A DNA stretch of 64,000 bases from assembly GCF_009914755.1 (NCBI RefSeq), contig NC_060937.1; one strand, 5' to 3'. Source of the stretch: the human T2T-CHM13v2.0 reference genome, Homo sapiens. Every line of letters starts with the position of its first letter. Position 1 is the first letter of the stretch. The notes beneath the pieces were generated by a model, which searched no databases, had not been told where the DNA came from, and saw nothing but the letters and a program-made list of their open reading frames with translations. The position numbers and the translations under genes are program-made. Of this stretch, positions 52,712 to 64,000 are shown piece after piece.

Positions 52712-55700
52712 TAGCTGGGACTACAGGCATGCACCACCACGCCTGGCTAATTTTGTATTTTTAGTAGAGACATGGTTTCACCATGTTGGTCAGGCTGATT
52801 TTGAACTCCTGACCTCAGGTGATCCACCTGCCTCAGCTTCCCAAAGTGCTGGGGTTACAGTGTGAACCACTGTGCCCAGCTGAGACTCATTTTGTGGTCT
52901 ATCTTGGAGAATGTTCTATGATGAATAGAATGTATATTCTTGCAGTTGTTGGGTAGAATGTTCTATAAATATCTGTTAATTCCATTTGTTCTAGGGTATA
53001 GTTTAAGTCCACTGTTTCTTTGTTGACTTTCTGTCTTGATAACCTGTCTAGTGCTGTCAGTGAAGTAGTGAAGTCCCCCACTGTTATTGTGTTGCCATCT
53101 ATCTCATTTCTTAGGTCTAATAGTAAATTTGGGAGCTCCAGTGTTAGGTACATATATATCTGGGATTGTGGTATTTTCCTGTTGGACTGATCTTTTTATT
53201 ATATAATGTCCCTCTTTGTGTTTTTTAACTGTTGTTGCTTTGAAGTCTGTTTTGTCTGTTGTAAGAACAGCCACTCCTGCTGGCTTTTGGTGTCCATTGT
53301 CATGGAATACCTTTTGCTACCCCTTTATCTTATTATGTGAATGTGAAAATTGTTTTGTTTAAGGAGGCTAAATATAGGACCCAGATTCCTTCTTGATCGT
53401 AGGGTTTCTGCTGAGAAATCTACTGTTAATCTCTGATAGGTTTTCCTTTATAGATTACCTGATATTTTTGCCTCACAACACTTAAGATTCTTTCCTTCAT
53501 CTTGACTTTAGATAACCTGTGTTTGTGCCTACATGATTTTTTTGCAATGAATTTTCCAGGTGTTCTTAGAGCTTCTTATATTTGGATGTCTAGGTCTCTA
53601 GCAAGGCCAGGGAGGTTTTCCTCAACTAGTCTCTCAAATACATTTTCTAAACTTTTAGATTTCCCTTCTTTGTCGGGGACACCAGTTATTCTTAGGTTAT
53701 GTCATTTAACGTAATCCCAAACTTCTTGGAGGCTTTGTTCCTTTTTTTAAATTCTTTTTTGTCTTTGTCAGTTTGGGTCAGTTTGAAAGCCTTGTCTTTG
53801 AGCTATGAAGTTCTTTTTTCTACTTGTTCGATTCTGTTGTAACTTTCCAGTGTATTTTGCATTTCCTAAGTGTGTCTTTCATTTCCAGAAGTTGTGATTG
53901 TTTTTTCTTTATGGTATCTATTTCTCTGGATATTTTTATCCATATACTGTATTATATTTTAAATTTCTTTAAGTTGGTTTTCACTTTTCTTTGGTGCCTC
54001 CTTGAGTAACATAATAATCGACCTTCTGAAATCTTTATCTGACAATTTAGAGATTTCTTCTTGGTTTGGATCCATTGCTGGTGAGCTAGTGTGGTCTTTT
54101 GGAGATGTTAAAGAACCTTGCTTTGTCATACTACCAGAATTGTTTTTCTGGTTCTTTCTCGTTTGGGTAGACTACGTCAGAGGAAAGATCTGGGGCTCAA
54201 AGGCTGCTGTTCAGATCCTTTTGTCCCATGGGGTGATCCTTTGATGTGGTGCACTCCCCCTTCCTCTAGGGATTGGGCTTCCGGAGAGCCAGACTGCAGT
54301 GATTGTTACTGCTCTTCTGGGTCTAGCCACCCAGCAGAGCTACTGGGCTCTGGGCTAGTACTGGGGAGTGTCTGCAAAGAGTCAAACACAGATGTGATCT
54401 GTGTTTGAGTCTCTCAGCTGTAGATACCAGCACCTGCTCCAGTGGAGGTAGCATGGGAGTGAAGTGGACTCTTTGTAGTTTTGTTTAGTGAGTTGGTTTT
54501 CTTGAATACTGGGTACTAGTAGTACAGTTGTTACATGGACAGACTCAGGACCTCTGGTTAGCCAGGATGCTACAGGCAGTGGAAATAGCTGTTTTCTTTT
54601 TTCTTAGAGTGTGGTTGTTCTTTTATGAGTTGCTATAATGGCTTGAGTTTGTTGGCTTCTAGCCAGGAGGTAGAGCTTTCAAGAGAGCATCAGCTGCAGC
54701 AGTATGGGGGATACAAGCTTGCCCTAAGATCACCTGGATAAGTATTTGGTTTTCTCAGCTGATGGGTGGGGACATAGAGCTCCCAAGAGATTATGTCCTT
54801 TGTTTTTGGCTGTGGGGTGGGTTGGTGTGGGTGGTGGAAGGCGGCAGTGTGTAGAGAAGGATCACCAGGTTGGGGAAGGGTGAGGCTTGTCTGACTCAGA
54901 TTGTCCTTGGGCAGGGCTTGCTGTGGCCACTGTGGGGTATGGGGGTGTGGTTCTCAGCACTGGGAATTTGCCCCAGGCTATAAGCCTCCCACTGAGAAAG
55001 CAAGCATGGCTTTCAGGCTCCCTGCATGCTGCATCTTCTGTGTTCATATCTGCACTTCCTGTTTGAACCTCTCCCACCCCTTCCTCCATTCCTCCCAGGA
55101 AAATTCATGCTCAATTGAAATTATCACAAAGTTCATCTGGAACTTTCCTTCTACCTGTGGTCCTTCCCTAATTCCAGTGGCAACCCTCCCGAAGGACCCC
55201 TGTGAGATAAAGTCAGAAATGGCTTCCCTGGGGACCAGGAGTGCTTATAGGGCTCTTCCTGCTGTTGCTTCTACTTTTAATTTTCGCTCAGCTCTCTTCA
55301 GCTCTAGGTAAGGTTAAATCCTACTGTTTCCTGGATTTTCAGGTTCCCCAGTGAGGATGCATGTTCAGAGGCAGACTCCCCCTCTCACACTTTGGGCACT
55401 TAACGGTTTTTCTGCTGTCTCATGGAGTCTGCAATGGCAAGCTGCTGCTTTCAAAGGGTCTGTGAATTCTTTTGGTTTTCCTGATATGTTTCTGGAGTAG
55501 TTCTTGGAGCAAAAGTTCACGGTGTGAGTCTCCACATGCTGTTTCTGCACGTCCGAGTGGGAGCTGGAAGTTAGTCCAGCTTCCTCTCCACCGTTTTTTT
55601 CTTTTTGTTGTTTTTAAAGGTTACAAGGCCTTTGTTTTTCCTTCTGTAAAATAAGTCTTTAGAAGTAGTCTATTAATTTTATTATTAAAAACTCAAGTTT

Positions 55701-55777
55701 TTATTACATTATTATTGAATGAAAAAGTAAAATATATGTGACAGAACTTCTGATGTGCTCTAGGAGTTGAAGATTGA

Positions 55778-56008
<231 letters not shown>

Positions 56009-56116
56009 GATCTTTCTTTTTAAAGAAAGATTCTTCTGTTGGAGCTTGTGAGCTGAAGGACTTCAGGAAAACCCACGGAATCCCCTCAAATTGTATACAG
56101 ATTTTTGTGATGTTTG

Positions 56117-56545
56117 TGTCTCACGTGTCCGTGTGAAGAGACCACCAAACAGGCTTTGTGTGAGCAACATGGCTGTTTATTTCACCTGGGTGCAGGCGGG
56201 CTGAGTCCGAAAAGAGAGTCAGCAAAGGGTGGTGGATTATCATTAGTTCTTACAGGTTTTGGGATAGGCGGTGCAGTTAGGAGCAATGTTTCGCGGGCAT
56301 GGGGTGGATCTCACAAAGTGCATTCTGCAGGGTGGGGAGAATCACAAAGAACCTTGTTAAGGGTGGGAGAGATTACAAAGTACACTGATCAGTTAGGGTG
56401 GGGCAGAAACAAATCACAATGGAATGTCATCAGTTAAGGCTATTTTCACTTCTTTTGAGGATCTTCAGTTGCTTCGGGCTATCTGGATGTATACGTGCAG
56501 GTCACAAGGGATATGATGGCTTAGCTTGGGCTCAGGGACCTGACA
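56117..56545 (-). mobile_element. HERV-H 3' LTR (LTR7 family)
   Basis: Minus strand TGTCAGG..CTGAGCCCAAGCTAAGCCATCATATCCCC ... GGTCTCTTCACACGGAC; preceded by the purine tract. Confidence 0.92.
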
Positions 56546-58047
56546 TTCCTGTCTTCTTATATTAATAAGAAAAGCAAAACAAAATAGTGAAGTGTTGGAG
56601 CGGCGAAAAATTTTGGGGGTGGTATGGAGAGATAATGGGCGATGTTTCTCAGGGCTATTCGAGCGGGATTAGGGGCGGCGTGGGAACCTACAGTTGGAGA
56701 GATTCAACTGGAGAAAGATTTTGGGGTAAGGGGTAATATTGTGGGGTTGTTAGAAGGAGCATTTGTCATATAGAATTATTGGTGATGGCCTGGATGTGGT
56801 TTTGTATGAACTGAGAAAGTAAACGAAAGACACAAGGTCCGAATAAAAGAAGGAGGAAAATAGGTATTAAAGGACTAAGAATTGGGAGTATCCAGGACAT
56901 CCAATCAGAGAGTGTCCAAGGGGGTTCAACGTTATTGTTTGCTTGGTTGGCGAGTTTTTGGGCTCTATCCTTGAGTTTTTTATGTTGTCATATACCAGGC
57001 CAGATTGATTTAGGTAAAAACAACACTCTTCATTAAAAAATATACAGAGTCCTCTTTAACAGTAAGTCGAGGCCTTGGTGATTTTGGAGGAAAGAGAAAT
57101 GCAAAGCCAGCAACTGTTTGTTGAAGAAGGATTAGAAACGTTTGAGGTAAAACCAGGAGCCACTAAATACCAAGAGCCTGAGAAACAGCTTGGGTGATTT
57201 GACTAATAAAGGCCGGTCTGTTATTGGACTGTATAGAGGTGGGAAGGCCAAACTGAGGAATTATGTCTGACAGAAGGGAAGAAATGACTGCGGTGGTCTT
57301 CTCAGATCCTGTGGGAAAGGCCTCTACCCACCCAGTGAAAGTGTCTACCCAGACCAAGAGGTATTTTAGTTTCCTGACATGTGAGTAAAGTCAATTTGCC
57401 AGTCCTGGGCAGGGGCAAATCCCTGAGCTTGTTGTGTAGGGAAGGGATGGGGCCTGAGAAATTCCTGAGGAGTAGCAGAATAGCAGATGGAATGCTGAGA
57501 AGTGATTTCCTTGAGGATAGATTTCCACGATGGAAAGGAAATGAGAGGTTCTAAGAGGCGGGCTAGTGGCTTGTAACTTAACATGGAAGAGGTTATGAAA
57601 TGACGACAGAATAGAATGGGCCTGTGAGGCTGGAAGGGGATATTTTCCTTGGTCCAAGAACTATTTGCCTTGTGTGGGAAGAGATTGATAGGTGGAAGTT
57701 TCAGTGGGGGAGTGGGTGGGAGTGGTCAGATGAGAAGGAGAAAAGGGATAGAAGTTTGAACGCTAGCTGCTTTTTTAGTTACCTTATCAGCATAAGCATT
57801 GTCCTGAGCGATGGGATCTGATGCCTTTTGATGGCTGCTTTTTTAGCTACCTTGTCAGCATAAGCGTTGTCCTGAGCGATGGGATCTGATGCCTTTTGAT
57901 GGTCTTTGCAGTGAATGACTCCAGCTTCCTTTGGAAGTAAAGCAGCTTTGAGAAGAGTTTTTATTAAAGAGGCATTGATGATGGAGGACCCTTGCATAGT
58001 GAGGAAACCTCTTTCTGCCCATATAACATCATGGTGGTACAGGATAT
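56546..58047 (-). pseudogene. HERV-H internal remnant (RNase H / integrase part of pol, env deleted)
   Basis: Peptides GVIHCKDHQ..NAYADKVAK (RNase H), WQIDFTHM, WVDTFTGWVEAFP, FGLPTSIQS (integrase); frameshifted. Confidence 0.9.
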
Positions 58048-58295
58048 GTGAAGTGGGAGCAGGCATTTCAAATGGCGGAAAGCAGTACAAGAGAGGGAGA
58101 GTGTGGTGGGAGGTGCCACATACTTTTCAATGACCAAATCTCATTTGTATTCAGAGCGAGAACTCACTTATCACCAAGGGAATGGCCCAAGCCGTTCATT
58201 AGGGATTTGCCCCCATGATCTACGCAGCTCCTGCCAAGCCCCACCTCATTACATTTCCACATGAGATGTGAGTGTGGACAAATGTTTAAACTATA
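58048..58295 (-). mobile_element. MST LTR fragment
   Basis: gaggtgccacatactttt...gaactcacttatcaccaaggg...catgagat. Confidence 0.7.
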
Positions 58296-58470
58296 AGGAT
58301 AAAAAGCAAGATCTTTAGGAGATAAGCATAGAGATTTAGGAGATTAGCCTACCTGTCATGTTCAAGTTTCTATGTAGGACTCATATGATATAGACCCTTG
58401 GGCCAACTTCACCCTGTTGCATGCCCCGTCTCTCACATGCAATACAGTGACTGGTATGTAGTGATGATTT

Positions 58471-58945
58471 TATCAGTGAGGATCCTGGTAGTAATAGGTG
58501 GATTTTTTTTTTCTTTTTGAAGATAGTTTATTGAAGGGACTGTTTTCAGAGGTGTGACCATGGTTTAAGATAACCAAGAAAGGATGATGAATCACTTAGG
58601 GACTAGCAGCACTTGGAAACTGTTATTCATCCAGGTGACAGGGCAAGGGTAGAAATCATGTTCCAGAACTCAGTGAGAGTTGTAGGCATGAAAGAGGAGC
58701 CTTCTCAACAGGAGCTGTGGCCAAAAAAGAAACAAGGCAGGTAAGAAATGGGGAATAAATTATGCCATTATTTCTCTTTCCTTCCACTCTTTCTTTTTCT
58801 GCTGATGCTTCCTCTCACTGGTGAAACCCAACCAGAAGCTAAATGGCAAGTGAATCCCTAGAAATAAGGCAAGGCAGAGATGCAGAGCAAGGCAGATAAA
58901 ACTAGAAAATGGGTCTAGGGGGAGACAAATGGAAATAATCAACAG
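58471..58945 (-). mobile_element. LTR33-like (ERVL) LTR
   Basis: agtttattgaagggactgttt...aaacccaaccagaagc motifs. Confidence 0.55.
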
Positions 58946-59159
58946 AGTGCTCAATACTTATTTGTTGAATTAAACTGAATTTTTATTGTTAAAGTGGAAA
59001 ACAAGCAAATGCCTGATGGTTTAATGTTTTCTTATATACAAAACTTGAAATAAAAATCTCTTTGAAATTTTGGAGGCAACTATTTCATCTTTTGAATGGT
59101 TGAAATAGTAAAAATGTTGCAATACTTAATCTATAAAAAATTAAATACTTTATATTTTT

Positions 59160-59753
<594 letters not shown>

Positions 59754-61012
59754 TTTTATTGATAGTATTAAAAGCAGTTCACATTTACTGATTGTTTGAC
59801 ATGTCCCAGGTCACTGTGCTAAATCTTTTACGTGTATTCTTATATTTTATCCTCACATAACCCTGTAACGTGTCAATACTGTTGCTATACTGTTGGGATG
59901 CATCACTGTACAAAACAAGTTCCACAAAGGCCACAGATCTTTATAATCTGATATTAATATTTCTATACCATTCTGTTGTTATTGTTAGTATTCTCTGGTT
60001 ACTCTTGAAATTGAGCGCCTTTTCATATGTTTTAGCCATTTAATTTTGTGTGTGTGTTTTGTGAAATCACTGACTTAGTCTTTTGCCCGTTTTCTATTTG
60101 GTTGTCTTTTTATTATTAATTTGGAGGAAGCCTGTGTATATTTGGATATGTGCTATTAGCTATGTGTTGCAAATGACTTCTGCCATCTGGGAGATTCAAG
60201 CTGAGGTATTAAGAGCAGGTAGGATTTGGGTAGGCAAAGATGAGTGTTTCTAGTGAGATGAAAGAATAAACAAAATTATAAGGGAAGAAGATATAATTCA
60301 CATATTAAATAGTTGAATAGTTTGATTGGACTAACACCAGAAAGCTCAAAATATGTAGCACCAGGGAAGCGCTAGAAAATGGCAAAAATATACCTCAGCA
60401 GAACATTTGCTTTAAATCAATACGTCTTCTATTCAGGAATAACCTATTTCAGGCAGGCTAGACAACCTGAAAGGAACCCCAAAGATAGTTTGCCTCTCTG
60501 GTAGGCAGCTCTAGGCTTTCGCTCCTCTGCCAGGGAATGAATCTTCTTTTACTGAAATGGCCTTGCTGTCATTGCCTTGTGAAAAGGTGTGACTTAAAAC
60601 TGGAACTGATGAGGGGAGAAGCCTAGAGGAAAGTCCTTCCTCTTGTCCTCCGGCTCTAGATTTCTCAGAGTTTTTGCATATTAAAGTTAGAACACCTTCA
60701 TGCGGCTGCCCTTGCTGACCTGATGTTTCTCATTATAGAGTCATTCCTTGAAGGTTGGGACTTTGATTTCCTATGACTTGGTGTATATTTCCCTACAGAA
60801 CTTGAATGCCAATGGCTGAATGGCTTTTTGGTTTTAGCCTCCCTTTAGTCTCAGCCTCCATCTTACTATGTCTGCACCAATGAAGAAGTCTATTCATTCT
60901 GTTCCCTAGGGAGATTATGCTAGTGTTTTAAAAGTCTCTGCCGACTCTTCAGGATTTGCCTCTCCCACCATTTATCAGACAAAAATGTTTCTGTGGTTTC
61001 ACTTCTTAATTT

Positions 61013-61470
61013 TGTATCCATTAGAATTTGTTTTGGCTCCAAGTGCCTAAAACCCAAAAATATAGTGGCTTAGGAAGATGGAACTTTTATTTTTATCCCA
61101 TGTATTAATAAATAAAGGCAATTCAGGGATGGGAAGGCAGCTCTGTGATCATCTGGAACCAATGTCTTTTCATCTCATTGTTCTTCCTACTTTATCCAAG
61201 AGGGTTGCTCCAGCAGCAATGTATGCATTCCAGCCAGCAGGAAGGAGAAATGGAGAAGGACATCTCCTTACCCCTCTGTAGGACTTCTCAGAAGTTGCAT
61301 ACACTACTCTGGTTGTATCTTACGTGCCAACGCTTAGTTAGCATAGCCATACCTAAATCTAAGGGAGGCTTGGAAAAATATATCTAGCTAAAAACAGGAA
61401 TTCCTGATCATATTGAAAAAAAAAAAAAAAGAGAATGGATATTGAGGATTACCATTGATCCTTGCCACAT
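61013..61470 (-). mobile_element. Old MLT1 (J-like) LTR
   Basis: agtggcttag...gcattccagccagcaggaagg...gaatggatattg...tgccaca. Confidence 0.6.
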
Positions 61471-62130
61471 AAATCTTTTGTTATTGTGACACTAACAGTT
61501 TCCTGAGATGTTTAAGGAGAAAAGCTCAGAATATTGTGGGTATATAGCCAATTTAAAATAAATTATCATCAGAATTAGCTTATATCTGACATTCTGAATT
61601 TTGGACCCTTATTTTAAAATTTTTACACTGGTCTAGAAGGTAGACCTTAACTTTTGAATTTTTTATCATTTTTGATAAGTTTGGAAGCTTGACTTCTTTC
61701 CTAAACATTGATGTAAGGTTTCATGAAATTTTTAAGTATAGCAAATGCTGTTGAACATTGCAAATGTAAAATATGGAGGAGGAAATATGTGCTTTTTATC
61801 TTTATAGAAGATAAATATATTAAACCCCCTATTAAAAATCGTCTATAGAAAAAATTATAGCAATAGGTAGTATAAAAGCTCTGGGTTAGAGTGGATTCAA
61901 ATATATGGAAATTAAATGAAAATCTAGAATCAGTTCACTGAGAATTAGCTGATACAGTGAGCAGCAGATATAATCCCATAGACACTGCATATTTTTTTAA
62001 GTCCTGATCTTCACAGTAGAGCTTAAAGAAAGTGTAGTATTGTAATGTAATTATTCTCATTATTAAAAATGATTTACTTTTAAAACCCAGCATGTTACAT
62101 CATAAGTAATATTCATTTTTTCTTCCATAG

Positions 62131-62182
62131 GTAAGAAGTTTGATAGCTGTAGGACTGGGTGTTGCAGCTCTTGCATTTGCAG
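62131..62182 (+). CDS. DNAJC15: DNAJC15 exon 2 (52 nt), transmembrane segment
   Basis: Acceptor ttcattttttcttccatag|; translates in frame with exon 1 as VRSLIAVGLGVAALAFA(G), hydrophobic and matching DNAJC15; donor CAG|GTAAGA. Confidence 0.96.
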
Positions 62183-62716
62183 GTAAGATAAAGAATACAT
62201 ACCAATAAATTGCAGGAGAAATCTTTCCAAATAGCATCTACAGTGATTCATGAGTAGACCCTTAGTATTCTGAGGTTTTGGTTTTCAGACATAATACATT
62301 CTCATTCTTTCCACCATTTGTAGTTACTGAACATTTGTCATTGTAGCAAAATCTAGATAAACTTTATAGGGAAGAAAATTAGTGATAAAAAGCCAGAAAA
62401 ACTAGCTCCAATAATAGTTTATTCCTGGCATTTTTTTTCAGTTTGAAGTATAGTATACTATAAAAAGAAATTTTAATATTATGCAATGTAAGTGGCATGG
62501 AGTGCCTTTATTCTCCCATATTTATTTTTTCTTGCAGACAGGTTTATACATTTTAAGCTGTCAGTTCTTTCTCATGAGCATAGTTGTTCCGTGTAGTTTA
62601 TTGATTTGTCTCTAAACATATTGGTATAATTACCTTGATAAACCCTGGGGAATTTTTTTCACTGCTAAAATTACGTTTTTCGAAAGAATAGTTCTTTTTT
62701 TTTTCTTTTTTTTGGA

Positions 62717-63363
<647 letters not shown>

Positions 63364-64000
63364 CATTCGAAAGAATAGTTCTGAAGATCTAAAGTAAATT
63401 TGCTGAGTCTGTCATTAACTTACAGCAGTTTTAAATTACATAGCTATATCCTAATTAAATGTTAATTTGAGAATATGTCCTTATTGATAAAGATTTACTT
63501 TTTTGTTCTAGCATTTGTGTTTGTAAGTTCTATCGGTTTGATCTTGTTAATTGGCTCTTTTAGGCAGAGCTGCATTCCATTTTGGCTATATAGAGTTTAG
63601 TAAGATCTGATAGAAAAATGAGAAATAAGAGGGTCTTGTTTTGTATGGTATTTATTTTCTCACAATTATCATTTAAAACACTATTTTAACCTTTTGTCTT
63701 GGAAATGATGAAACACTTCAACAATCAGAACTTTAAAATCTAGATCAGTGGTTCAGATTCTCTTGATGTTTTTGTCATCAAGGTCTTATGTCTCAGTTAT
63801 ATAACTTATACTTAATGAATTTCTGAGGTTTTATGAGAAGAATATCATGTCTCAAACAGAATTCTGACAAACTTGCCCCTAAACATAAAGGAATTTTAGT
63901 ATTAATTAGAGTAGGCATAGTTATGAATTCAAATGTAAGGTTTTGATTTGAAATTAGATAAAGATGTATTTTTTCCAGGGTCGTCTTTGTAAAATGACAA

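Noticed and set aside
57163-58090. Integrase / RNase H ORFs as a domesticated gene
   Set aside because: Fragmented, frameshifted and internally deleted HERV-H pol

Overview
Human (or great-ape) genomic DNA. The window holds about 20 kb of repeat-dense upstream sequence, the CpG-rich promoter, coding exon 1 (20045-20152), the 42-kb intron 1 and the 52-nt exon 2 (62131-62182) of DNAJC15/MCJ, the methylation-controlled mitochondrial J-protein. The rest is mostly transposable elements: dozens of Alus, a near full-length antisense L1PB, and MaLR, L2 and DNA-transposon relics. It also carries a varied set of ERV LTRs (LTR8, LTR5, LTR15, LTR17, MER52, LTR33, MER21, plus a truncated HERV-H), several with intact target-site duplications (TSDs). 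The supplied ORF track misses the real spliced CDS and is otherwise repeat-derived noise. I see no evidence of a new gene system. The best leads are: (1) exon 2 starts with GTAAGA, so splicing regenerates a strong 5' splice site (recursive-splicing/RS-exon architecture), and a second AG|GTAAG site lies deep in intron 1; (2) three independent locally templated insertions in intron 1 plus template-switch inversions in two Alus; (3) a composite GAS/ETS CpG-containing promoter element; (4) LTRs able to supply alternative promoters, poly(A) sites or poison exons. Repeat subfamily names come from recalled consensus sequences, and repeat edges without a TSD are approximate.
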